From positions 3,157 to 67,156 of the forward strand of contig SKOR01000039.1 in NCBI GenBank assembly GCA_007119965.1: a DNA stretch of 64,000 nt, given 5' to 3'. The position numbers were made by a program, and so were the translations under genes. The notes beneath the pieces are model-generated. The model worked only from the letters and a program-made list of their open reading frames with translations, was not told where the DNA came from and made no database searches. Source of the stretch: Syntrophomonadaceae bacterium. GTDB taxonomy: Bacteria; Bacillota; Dethiobacteria; DTU022. Positions 45,971 through 54,708 of the stretch are shown here, piece after piece (position 1 is the stretch's first letter; each line of letters starts with the position of its first letter).

Positions 45971-47089
45971 ATGGAACAGGAAATCAGGGCATATGCATTG
46001 GATATCGGTTTTGACGATGTTGGCTTTACGACGGCCGATCCTTTTCCGCAATTATCGCAGGCACTTGAGGAAAGAGAGGGCGGGTACTGCTGGGTGAGCA
46101 GCGAACTTTTACAGCTGGCTCATGTGGCAGACCCGCGGTTTGTGCTTCCGAAGGCAATGTCGATCGTGGTTTTAATTTATGATTATTACAAGCAGGACTA
46201 CCCGCCGGAACTGCTTGGTGTGGTCGGCAAGGCCTACCAGTCAAGGTTATACGTCGGCAAAAAGCGCCTATTTGGCAGCCGCCTGCGCCTGATGAGAGAA
46301 TTTTTACAGGAAAAGGGCATGGAGGTGGGTTTCAGGCCTTCTATGCCTGAGCGGCAGGCTGCAGTCAGGGCCGGGGTCGGTAACTTTGGCTGTAATACAT
46401 TTATCTATTCTTCCGGCAGGGGCAGCTATGTAGCGATTGCAGCTATGGCCGTCAGCGCTGAGCTGGAGCCTGAAATGCAGGAATCAGCTTCGAAATGCCC
46501 TGCTGACTGCCGCCGCTGTATAGAGGCCTGCCCCACAGGGGCCCTTTATGAACCTTATAAGATGGATCCCCTGCGCTGTATCGCCTTCAATACTTACGGC
46601 CCCGGCAACTTCCCGGGGGCCCCGGATGATATCCCCCACGAAATCCGGGAAAAAATGGGGTCCTGGATTTACGGCTGCGATCTCTGTCAGGATGCCTGCC
46701 CGCGCAATCAAAAAAGGCTTGAGAAAAAACTGGTTCCCGATGCTTTTCTGGAAGAGATGGCTCCGAAACTAGCTCCGGCAGCCCTGCTGAACATGGACGA
46801 CCGCTACTATTATGAAATTGTTCAGCCGGTCCTGTACGGTTATATATGGGAAAAAAAATTCATGCAGCGCAATGCGGCCATTGCCCTGGGCAACAGCAGT
46901 GATAAAGCGGCGGTTCCGCTCCTGGGCAAAGCGCTGGCAGACCCGCAGGAAATGGTTCGCGCTTACTCTGCCTGGGCGCTGGGCCGTATCGGAGGGGCAG
47001 CAGGTCTTAAAATCCTTGAAAAAGCCCTGGTCGGGGAAAATTCCGCCCGGGTTGAGAATGAAATCCGCCTGGCCCTGGAGAGCTGTTAA
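45971..47089 (+). CDS. epoxyqueuosine-reductase (QueG)-like Fe-S protein with C-terminal HEAT repeats
   Basis: Two Cys clusters (CPADCRRCIEACP and CDLCQDACPRN) sit in QueG/RdhA-like spacing. The HEAT-like tail is AAIALGNSSDKAAVPLLGKALADPQEMVRAYSAWALGRIGG. The typical QueG segment ISYLTIE is replaced by IAFNTYG, so the function call is tentative. Confidence 0.65.
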   Translation: MEQEIRAYALDIGFDDVGFTTADPFPQLSQALEEREGGYCWVSSELLQLAHVADPRFVLPKAMSIVVLIYDYYKQDYPPELLGVVGKAYQSRLYVGKKRLFGSRLRLMREFLQEKGMEVGFRPSMPERQAAVRAGVGNFGCNTFIYSSGRGSYVAIAAMAVSAELEPEMQESASKCPADCRRCIEACPTGALYEPYKMDPLRCIAFNTYGPGNFPGAPDDIPHEIREKMGSWIYGCDLCQDACPRNQKRLEKKLVPDAFLEEMAPKLAPAALLNMDDRYYYEIVQPVLYGYIWEKKFMQRNAAIALGNSSDKAAVPLLGKALADPQEMVRAYSAWALGRIGGAAGLKILEKALVGENSARVENEIRLALESC

Positions 47090-47141
47090 TCGATCTGCCG
47101 GGATCAGGGCGCGGCCTGTTTGAAAAAAGGAGGGACGAAAA

Positions 47142-47951
47142 ATGGATAAACTGATTATTACGGCAGCGCCAACAGGCAATGTTCCCACCAGGAGCATAAA
47201 CCCTTTCCTGCCGGTTACCCCTGATGAAATTGCCGCCGATGTGAGCCTCTGCCGGCAGGCAGGGGCAGCTGTAGCCCACATTCACGCCCGTGATGAAAAA
47301 GGAAAGCCGACCACTGACCTGAATGTATTTAAGGCGATCATGGAAAAGGTAAGGGAGCAGTGCGATATTATTGTCCAGTTTTCGACAGGGGCCCGCGGAG
47401 GCAGCGGCGCAGCCGAACGGGGCGCATGTATCGCCCTTAAACCTGAAATGGCCAGCCTTTCTACCGGGTCATCAAATTTTGCCGCGTCGGTAAATTACAA
47501 CCCTCCGGGATTGATTAAAGAGCTGGCCGGCCGTATGGCTGAACATGGGGTTAAGCCGGAAATAGAAGTGTTCGATATATCCGCCCTGGAATATGCAGAG
47601 CACCTGGTCGAAAAAGGACTGCTTGAAAAGCCGCTGCATATAAACCTTGTATTGGGGGTGCCCGGTTCAATGCAGGGTAACCCGCGAAACCTGTTTTATA
47701 TGGTGGAAAGCCTGCCGGCAGGCTGCACCTGGTCCGTGGCCGCCATCGGCAAAAGCCATAAGCAGTTAAGCGCCCTGGCCCTTGTCCTGGGCGGCCATGT
47801 CCGCACCGGTATAGAAGATGTGCCGGAACTGGAGCCGGGAAACCCCTTGTCCAATGCCGCCCTGGTGGAAAGAATCGCAAGCCTGGCCGGCATTTACGGC
47901 CGGGAGATAGCTTCTCCTGAAGAGGCCAGGGTCATCCTTGGATTAAAATGA
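47142..47951 (+). CDS. BKACE-family enzyme (3-keto-5-aminohexanoate cleavage enzyme-like)
   Basis: ITAAPTG.....P.TP.EIA and HIHARD motifs are typical of the Kce/DUF849 family. Size is 269 aa. Confidence 0.82.
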   Translation: MDKLIITAAPTGNVPTRSINPFLPVTPDEIAADVSLCRQAGAAVAHIHARDEKGKPTTDLNVFKAIMEKVREQCDIIVQFSTGARGGSGAAERGACIALKPEMASLSTGSSNFAASVNYNPPGLIKELAGRMAEHGVKPEIEVFDISALEYAEHLVEKGLLEKPLHINLVLGVPGSMQGNPRNLFYMVESLPAGCTWSVAAIGKSHKQLSALALVLGGHVRTGIEDVPELEPGNPLSNAALVERIASLAGIYGREIASPEEARVILGLK

Positions 47952-47967
47952 GCAGTACCCGTTAGTA

Positions 47968-47996
47968 TTGACAACCGGGGTCTCCTGGTTTAGAAT
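47968..47996 (+). promoter_or_regulatory. near-consensus sigma-A promoter of hutH-hutP
   Basis: TTGACA (47968-47973), an exact 17-nt spacer, then TAGAAT (47991-47996). Confidence 0.65.
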
Positions 47997-48001
47997 CTGG
48001 A

Positions 48002-48092
48002 TAGAGATTAGAAAAAATAAATAATGCAGTCCTGCTGCTCATAGTTGACAGACATGAGGGAGCACCGGGGTTTAATCCCGCGTGCTTTTTTT
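48002..48092 (+). promoter_or_regulatory. hut leader: NAG-N4 repeats (candidate HutP binding site) plus an intrinsic terminator
   Basis: TAG 48042, CAG 48049 and GAG 48056 are each separated by 4 nt. Two upstream TAGs lie at 48002 and 48009. The terminator pairs GCAC-CGGG (48062-48069) with CCCG-c-GTGC (48077-48085), a 4+4 bp stem with one bulge, followed by T7 (48086-48092). The hutP gene is present downstream. Confidence 0.55.
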
Positions 48093-48118
48093 ATGTTTTC
48101 TCAGGAGGTGCAGTAATA

Positions 48119-49669
48119 ATGAATTTAGCCGGGGAGGCCAAAAAAGTGACACAGCCGCTGGTTATTAACGGTGAAAAGATTAACGTTAAAGATATTGCCC
48201 GGGTAGCCAGGCAGAATGGGCCTGTTTCTATTTCACCCGGGGCGCTGCAGAGGGTTGAACGTTCAAGGTTAATGCTGGAAAAACTGGTCGATGAAAATGC
48301 CGTTGTATATGGTATTACTACCGGGTTTGGCCGTTTCAGCGATGTGAGCATTTCCAGGGAAGATGCCATAGAGTTGCAGAAGAACCTGATTTCCAGCCAT
48401 GCTGCAGCAGTCGGCGAGCCCCTGCCTGAAGAAGCCGTAAGGGCTGCTCTTTTGCTGAGGTTAAATGCCCTGGCCAGGGGCAACTCCGGGGTCCGCCCGC
48501 TATTGGTGGAGCATCTGGCTGAAGTCCTGAACAGGGGGGTTACACCGCTGATTCCTGAACAGGGTTCGCTCGGCGCCAGCGGTGATTTGGCGCCGCTTTC
48601 ACACCTGGCTCTTGTATTAACCGGTGAAGGGGAAGCCTTTTACCGGGGTGAGAGGATGACCGGGGCAGAAGCTTTGTCGGCGGCAGGGTTGGAACCCATT
48701 ATCCTGGTTGAGAAGGAAGGCCTGGCCCTGGTAAACGGCACCCAGATTATGACTGCAATCGGCTCGCTGGCCTATCATGACGCGGTTAATACTTTTAAGG
48801 CGGCCCTGATTACCGCGGCGCTGACTCTCGAAGCCCAGCTGGCAGTACCCGATGCCTTTGATCCCCTTATTGCTGAAGTAAGACCTTACAGCGGGCACAT
48901 CTATACCGCTGCCGCTATTTTGCGCCTTCTCGAAGGGAGCAGCCTGGTCGGCAGTGATCAGCGCAAGGTGCAGGATGCATACAGCCTGCGCTGCATACCC
49001 CAGGTCCACGGTGCAGCTTCCAATGCCCTGGATTATGTAAATAGCATCCTGGAAGTTGAGATTAACTCGGTCAACGATAACCCTATGCTCTTCCCCGAAG
49101 AAAACAGGGTTCTGTCGGGGGGTAACTTCCACGGCCAGCCTGTAGCCCAGGCGATGGATTTTCTGGCGATTGCCCTAGCTGAGCTGGGCAGTATTGCCGA
49201 GCGCCGCATTGAACGCCTTGTTAACCCCTCTTTAAGCGGTTTGCCTCCATTCCTGGTCAGGGAAGGCGGCCTGAACTCCGGGTTGATGATTGCCCAGTAT
49301 ACCGCTGCTTCATTGGTCAGCGAAAATAAGGTGCTCTGCCACCCGGCCAGTGTCGATTCAATCCCTTCGTCGGCGAACCAGGAAGACCATGTCAGCATGG
49401 GGACTACCGCAGCCCGCAAAGCCCGTAAAGTGGTTGATAATACTGCCATGGTAATCGGCATTGAACTGCTTTCCGCAGCACAGGCCGTTGATTTCAGGGG
49501 GGCGGAAAATCTTGGCCGCGGCACTTCGGCAGCCTACAGATTACTGCGCGAAGAAATTGATTTCCTGGAAAAAGACCGCATTCTCTACCCCCTGATTGAC
49601 AGGGCGGTTAAAATGGTTACCAGCGGCAGGCTGGTCGAAGCAGTGGAAAAGGAAGTCAGCCTTTCCTGA
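48119..49669 (+). CDS. hutH: histidine ammonia-lyase
   Basis: The MIO-forming motif GSLGASGDLAPLSH and the family motifs NGTQ and SVNDNP are present. Size is 516 aa. Confidence 0.95.
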   Translation: MNLAGEAKKVTQPLVINGEKINVKDIARVARQNGPVSISPGALQRVERSRLMLEKLVDENAVVYGITTGFGRFSDVSISREDAIELQKNLISSHAAAVGEPLPEEAVRAALLLRLNALARGNSGVRPLLVEHLAEVLNRGVTPLIPEQGSLGASGDLAPLSHLALVLTGEGEAFYRGERMTGAEALSAAGLEPIILVEKEGLALVNGTQIMTAIGSLAYHDAVNTFKAALITAALTLEAQLAVPDAFDPLIAEVRPYSGHIYTAAAILRLLEGSSLVGSDQRKVQDAYSLRCIPQVHGAASNALDYVNSILEVEINSVNDNPMLFPEENRVLSGGNFHGQPVAQAMDFLAIALAELGSIAERRIERLVNPSLSGLPPFLVREGGLNSGLMIAQYTAASLVSENKVLCHPASVDSIPSSANQEDHVSMGTTAARKARKVVDNTAMVIGIELLSAAQAVDFRGAENLGRGTSAAYRLLREEIDFLEKDRILYPLIDRAVKMVTSGRLVEAVEKEVSLS

Positions 49670-49765
49670 AACTACGCGGCTGACCTGTCACTGGGTGATG
49701 CTAAACAGCCTGCTTAATGGTAAAATAGATCAGTTGGAAAGTCCGGAAAGAGGCGGGGAAACGTA

Positions 49766-50203
49766 ATGGAGCAAATCGGAAGAACGGCGATCATGTATAC
49801 GCTTGCCGATGGTGAAATGGAAGAACAGATTAAAACAATAGCTGTGGAAAACGGTTTTAAAATGATCAAAGGCAAAGTTGGATCGATGAGTACCGAGAAA
49901 ATATTTGCCGCCGTGGAAACAGCGGCCCAGAGGGAAGGGTTGATCGGTAAAGATCATTATCGCGATACCCACGCTCTTTATCACGCCATACTGGAAGCAT
50001 TTACGGGCATCTGCAGGGGGCAGCTCGGTTTAGGAGATATGCTGCGTACCGTGGGTTTAATCTTTACCGTTGTCAGGGGCCCGCGGGCCGGCGATCAGCT
50101 TGATGACGGCGAGTGGCTCGCCGTAGTGCTCTACGGAACTATCGGCGCTCCCATTAAGGGTTACGAACATGAAACAATCGGCCTCGGCCTGAACCATTTA
50201 TAA
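49766..50203 (+). CDS. hutP: hut operon positive regulator HutP (histidine-activated RNA-binding antiterminator)
   Basis: Strong match to Bacillus subtilis HutP as I recall it: GKVGSM, HALYHA, LRTVGLIFTVVRG, LYGTIGAPIKGYEHETIGLGLNHL. Confidence 0.9.
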   Translation: MEQIGRTAIMYTLADGEMEEQIKTIAVENGFKMIKGKVGSMSTEKIFAAVETAAQREGLIGKDHYRDTHALYHAILEAFTGICRGQLGLGDMLRTVGLIFTVVRGPRAGDQLDDGEWLAVVLYGTIGAPIKGYEHETIGLGLNHL

Positions 50204-50291
50204 CCAGTTGCTTCGGCACTTACAACTTTCGGAAACTCACCGGTTAGCTGAGCAGATACAATAATTAAAAAGCGCACCGGTTACCAGGCAA

Positions 50292-51761
50292 TTGCCTGTT
50301 AAGCTTATTATTCTATCGGAGGTGTTCAAAATAACCGCTTATCGTTCAAATTACAGTCAGCAGCTATCTCCGCAGTTGAAATGGTTCAGCACCAGCCAGC
50401 TGGAAGAAATCCACAGCGCCACTGTCGATGTCCTTGAAAGGGCAGGCGTGCGTGTTGATCACGATGAATCATTAAAACTGCTTAAAGATGCAGGTTGCAT
50501 AGTAAAAGATCGTGTTGTAAAAATACCGGGGTGGCTAATCGAAGAGGCAATCAGGGTAGCGCCTTCTAAGATTAACATTTATAACCGTGAAGGCCGCCCG
50601 GCCATGAATCTGGAAGCCAACAACACTTTTTACGGGGCAGGCTCTGACCTCCCCTTTCATCTGGATTTTGAAACCGGTCAGAGAAGGAATGCTGTTAAAC
50701 AGGATGTTATTAATGCGGCAAGGTTGATCGATAAATTGCCAAACTATGACTTTTCCATGAGTTACGCTATTCCCACTGATGTGCCCGCAGCGAAAGGGGA
50801 CCTGCATCAATTTGCAGCCCAGGTTCAAAACTGCTCCAAACCGATTATTTTCACCTCATTTGACGAGCATAATCTGAAAATAATTATCGATATGGCTGCG
50901 GCGGCAGCAGGCTCCCACGAAGAACTGCGGGACCGCCCTTTTATCATTCTCTACGATGAGCCGATCTCACCGCTTATTCATACCCGCGACGGCCTGGCCA
51001 AGATGTTTGCCTGCATCGAGCATGGCATACCGGTTGTTTATACCCCCGGGGTTGTAGCGGGAGGGACCTGCCCTGTAACCAAGGCCGGCACCATTGTGCA
51101 GATGAACGCGGAAAGCCTCTCGGGGCTGGTTATTGCCCAGCTGAAAAAGAAAGGGGCCCCGATCATTATCGGCGGAGGAGCAACTCCGATGGAGATGAGC
51201 ACTACGGCAACGCTGTACGGTTCACCGGACGCAGCGATGAACTACTGCGCGATGACTGAACTGGCCAGGTTTTACCGCCTGCCTAACTTTACCGAGGCCG
51301 GTTGCTCCAATGCGCCGCTGCCAGATGCCCAGGCCGGCATGGAAGCGTCAACCGGGTTGCTGCTTAACCAGCTCTGCGGGGCGAACCTGGTCCACGATGT
51401 CGGCTACCTGGATGGGGGCAAAACAGGGTCACTGCCCTTCCTGGTTATGTGCGATGATTTCATCAGCGCTGCCAGATATATCGGCGCGGGCACCGTTGTA
51501 AACAGTGATACGATCGGAGCTGATGCCATTATCGATGTTGGGCCTTCGGGGCATTTCCTCGGGGAGGAACATACGATGAAGCATTTTCGAAGCGAAATCT
51601 GGTCGCCCACGGTTTTTAACCGCACCATGTACCAGAACTGGGAGCAGAACGGCCGGAAGGATACTTTTGAACTGGCCCGAGAAAAGGCGGAAGCGCTTCT
51701 CGGGGAAGAGGTCAATGCCCCCGATCAAGAGGTTGTTGAAAAAATCAACAGCATGCTTTAA
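50292..51761 (+). CDS. MttB-superfamily (non-pyrrolysine) methyltransferase, paralogue 1
   Basis: It aligns along its length with the two other paralogues here and with the trimethylamine methyltransferase family pattern (QLEEIHSATVDVLERAGV..., YDEPISPL, GGATPMEMSTTA, GYLDGG). There is no in-frame TAG. The start is uncertain: TTG 50292 has no RBS, GGAGG 50318-50322 abuts GTG 50322, and ATA 50331 lies 8 nt after it. Confidence 0.85.
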   Translation: MPVKLIILSEVFKITAYRSNYSQQLSPQLKWFSTSQLEEIHSATVDVLERAGVRVDHDESLKLLKDAGCIVKDRVVKIPGWLIEEAIRVAPSKINIYNREGRPAMNLEANNTFYGAGSDLPFHLDFETGQRRNAVKQDVINAARLIDKLPNYDFSMSYAIPTDVPAAKGDLHQFAAQVQNCSKPIIFTSFDEHNLKIIIDMAAAAAGSHEELRDRPFIILYDEPISPLIHTRDGLAKMFACIEHGIPVVYTPGVVAGGTCPVTKAGTIVQMNAESLSGLVIAQLKKKGAPIIIGGGATPMEMSTTATLYGSPDAAMNYCAMTELARFYRLPNFTEAGCSNAPLPDAQAGMEASTGLLLNQLCGANLVHDVGYLDGGKTGSLPFLVMCDDFISAARYIGAGTVVNSDTIGADAIIDVGPSGHFLGEEHTMKHFRSEIWSPTVFNRTMYQNWEQNGRKDTFELAREKAEALLGEEVNAPDQEVVEKINSML

Positions 51762-52099
51762 GCTGAGGCAAGATGAATTCAGGGGGACGGTTCCCTATTG
51801 CCGATTAAGTTGAACCTGGAACGCACAGCATGCTCATGGGCAGGGGTGACTTAAGCGGTCCGGAATTTGCCGGGGCAGTTAAAAGCTATGGGCGGCATCC
51901 TCTTAATTAATAAATCTAATGGCTATGGTTATCACTTACTCGCCTGAAAGGTTATAATAGGAAAAGCGCGAATGTATATTAACGCTTCAATAACATAAAA
52001 GGACAGGGAGTTGATGCCCGCAGAGTAAAAGCCTGCAGTTAAATTCTTGCCCCTTTTGGGGCAGAAAGCACAAAGAGATAATTAGAGGAGGCAATAACA

Positions 52100-53668
52100 T
52101 TGTTTAAAAAAACATTATTTTTATTGGCAGTAATCCTGATGGCCGGTATGCTGGTTGTATCCTGCGCCCCGGATGACCCTGTTGTAGATGAAGAACCCGA
52201 AGAAGCGATTTCTGAAAAGCACGGCGGGGTACTGCGCACTGCGACATATGCTCCCGGAAACACAGACCCCGCGTTTTTCGGAACTGTTCCTGATGAACAT
52301 ATCGGCCGGCAGTGGGGAGAGTTTCTGGTTTTTATCGATGAAGGCAATGAGCCTGACCCGGACCGCAGCCTTGCCGAAAGCTGGGAAGTAGATGAGGAGG
52401 CAAGGGTCTGGACTTTCAATCTCCGTGAGGGAATTCTTTTCCATGACGGCAAAGAGCTGACCTCGCGTGACGTACAGTTCACCTTTGATCGCCTCCGTGA
52501 TCCCGATGTTGGAGCAGCTACCGTAACAACATATGCTAACATCAACGAGATCAGCACACCCGATGATTATACCGTGGTTTTTGAACTCGAAGATTCCAAT
52601 GTCGACTTTTTATTCGATATCTTTGATTACCATGCAATAATTGTTGACGCCGACAACGACAATTTCGCAACGAACTTAAACGGCACCGGCCCTTTTATGG
52701 TTGAAAGCTATTCACCTGAAGACCGGATTGTTTTAACCCGTAATCCGGACTACTGGATGAACGATGCAGATGGCAATCAGCTTCCTTACCTTGACGGGTT
52801 GGAAATTATATTCCTGAGCGAATCATCGGCACAGATTGAAGCGCTGCGCGGCGGCCAGATCGATTACCTGATCTACCTGCCAACCGAGTTTATCCCGCTC
52901 CTTGAAGAAGACCCGGGTATTGAAGTATACCAGACACCGTCGAATACTTCCTATGTCCTGCGTATGCGCTCCGATGAAGGCCCGGCCAGTGATGTCCGTG
53001 TCCGTCAGGCTCTTAAAGCCGGCACAGACCGCTCTGCCATCCTTGATGGAGCAATCGATGGCTACGGGACAGTCGCCCGCGACACTCCGATCGGCCCTGC
53101 ATATGGGGATTTCTACCTTGACGTGCCTGAGCTGGAACGTGATGTAGAGAAGGCAGTTGAGCTCCTGGAGGAAGCCGGTTATGGCGATGGGCTTGATATC
53201 ACCATAACCACCCAGGAATCATCACCAGTTCCCGCTATCGCGACGATCTGGAAAGAGCAGATGGCTGAAATCGGCGTTAACGTTGACATTCAACTCGTCC
53301 CTTCAGATGTTTACTACTCACCGGAAGGTTGGCTGGAAGTGCCTTTCGGCATTACCGACTGGGGGGCAAGGTCATACCCGCAGCCTTACCTGGATCTTGC
53401 TTATGTCTGTGATGGACAGTGGAATGAGAGCCACTGGTGTGATCCTGAACTGGACGAGCTGGCTGCAGCTGCTGCCAGGGAAATGGATCATGATGAACGA
53501 GTCCGCCTCTACCATGAAATCCAGGAGATTTTTATTGAGCGCGGCCCGATTATTATCCCCTTCTTTATCAATAACCTTTGGGGAGCCAGCTCCGACCTGA
53601 AAGGCCTTAACCCGCCAATTACCCTTGGCACAGCAATGGATCTGCGCGTTGTTTATTTCGAAAGATAA
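52100..53668 (+). CDS. ABC transporter substrate-binding lipoprotein, family 5
   Basis: Lipobox MLVVSC and the family-5 SBP pattern (GTGPFMVESYSPEDRIVLTRNPDYW). TTG 52100 lies 8 nt after GAGGAGG. Confidence 0.9.
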   Translation: MFKKTLFLLAVILMAGMLVVSCAPDDPVVDEEPEEAISEKHGGVLRTATYAPGNTDPAFFGTVPDEHIGRQWGEFLVFIDEGNEPDPDRSLAESWEVDEEARVWTFNLREGILFHDGKELTSRDVQFTFDRLRDPDVGAATVTTYANINEISTPDDYTVVFELEDSNVDFLFDIFDYHAIIVDADNDNFATNLNGTGPFMVESYSPEDRIVLTRNPDYWMNDADGNQLPYLDGLEIIFLSESSAQIEALRGGQIDYLIYLPTEFIPLLEEDPGIEVYQTPSNTSYVLRMRSDEGPASDVRVRQALKAGTDRSAILDGAIDGYGTVARDTPIGPAYGDFYLDVPELERDVEKAVELLEEAGYGDGLDITITTQESSPVPAIATIWKEQMAEIGVNVDIQLVPSDVYYSPEGWLEVPFGITDWGARSYPQPYLDLAYVCDGQWNESHWCDPELDELAAAAAREMDHDERVRLYHEIQEIFIERGPIIIPFFINNLWGASSDLKGLNPPITLGTAMDLRVVYFER

Positions 53669-53817
53669 TAAACAGGCTTGTTATGATCCGGAAGTGAGTG
53701 AAGTTAGCTAGGTCTCCCCTGCCTCTCCGGGGCAGGGTGTCCGCAGCGGTATCCCGGCGAGCGCTCAACGCCCGCCGGGACGCTGCTGATAAAATATCTC
53801 CTCGAGGGAGGTAGCAA

Positions 53818-54708
53818 ATGGCAGCTTCCGAACAAAAAATTCAGAAAAAGAAGATAACCGTTTCACCCCTAAAAAAATTTTTCAGGCGCCTTCGACGCTA
53901 CCCGACCACCTTTATCGGAATTTCGATTGTCATTATATTTTTACTGATCGCTGCTTTCGGCCCGCTGATTGCCCCGTACCATTATTCGCAGCAGGATCTG
54001 CTCCAGCGCCTGCAGCCGCCTTCTGATGAACATATTTTTGGCACAGACCAATTTGGACGTGACATCTTCAGCCGGATCCTGGTCGGCAGCCGGGATGTTT
54101 TGCTGATAGCCGGTTCCGGAACCGCTTTGGCTGTTTTCTCCGGCCTGCTCCTGGGGCTGTTTTCCGGTTACATAGGGGGCCTTTTTGACGAAATTGTCAT
54201 GCGCATCATGGATGTAATCCTGTCGATCCCCCCGCTCCTCCTGGCTATGGTGATTTTATTTGCCCTCGGCCCCTCGAGGCTCAACGTAGTGATAGTCGTC
54301 GGATTTCTCTATATCCCGATGGTGGCCAGGGTTGTCAGGAGCGTTGTTTTGGAGTTAAAGACAAGGCAGTTTGTTGAAGCGGCCCGGCTGCGCGGCGAAA
54401 CCAGGCTCTACGTGCTCTATAAAGAGATTCTGCCTAATGTCCTGCCTCACCTGGCGGTTGAAGCCTCAATGCGTTTTTCCTATTCCATTTTTTTAGTTGC
54501 TTCTTTGGGCTTCCTGGGCCTCGGAGTCCAGCCGCCCAGTCCCGACTGGGGCCTGATGGTTGGCGAAGCAAGAACCTGGTTTTACCAGGCCCAGTGGGTG
54601 CTCTTTTTCCCTGCCGGTGCCATAGCGACCCTGGTTGTCGGCGTTGGCTTTATGAGCGACGGATTGCGGAGGATGCTGCTGCCGGGAGGTGTCACCGATG
54701 ATGGATAA
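53818..54708 (+). CDS. ABC transporter permease (DppC-like)
   Basis: IFGTDQFGRDIFSRILVG and the EAA-loop FVEAARLRGE. ATG follows GGGAGG. Confidence 0.9.
   Translation: MAASEQKIQKKKITVSPLKKFFRRLRRYPTTFIGISIVIIFLLIAAFGPLIAPYHYSQQDLLQRLQPPSDEHIFGTDQFGRDIFSRILVGSRDVLLIAGSGTALAVFSGLLLGLFSGYIGGLFDEIVMRIMDVILSIPPLLLAMVILFALGPSRLNVVIVVGFLYIPMVARVVRSVVLELKTRQFVEAARLRGETRLYVLYKEILPNVLPHLAVEASMRFSYSIFLVASLGFLGLGVQPPSPDWGLMVGEARTWFYQAQWVLFFPAGAIATLVVGVGFMSDGLRRMLLPGGVTDDG

Noticed and set aside
48119-49669. hutH might actually be an ergothionase (a HAL-fold enzyme releasing trimethylamine), which would fit the MttB neighbourhood
   Set aside because: The MIO-forming Ala-Ser-Gly triad (GASGDLAPLSH) is intact, which is characteristic of genuine histidine ammonia-lyase. 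As far as I know, ergothionases lack it.
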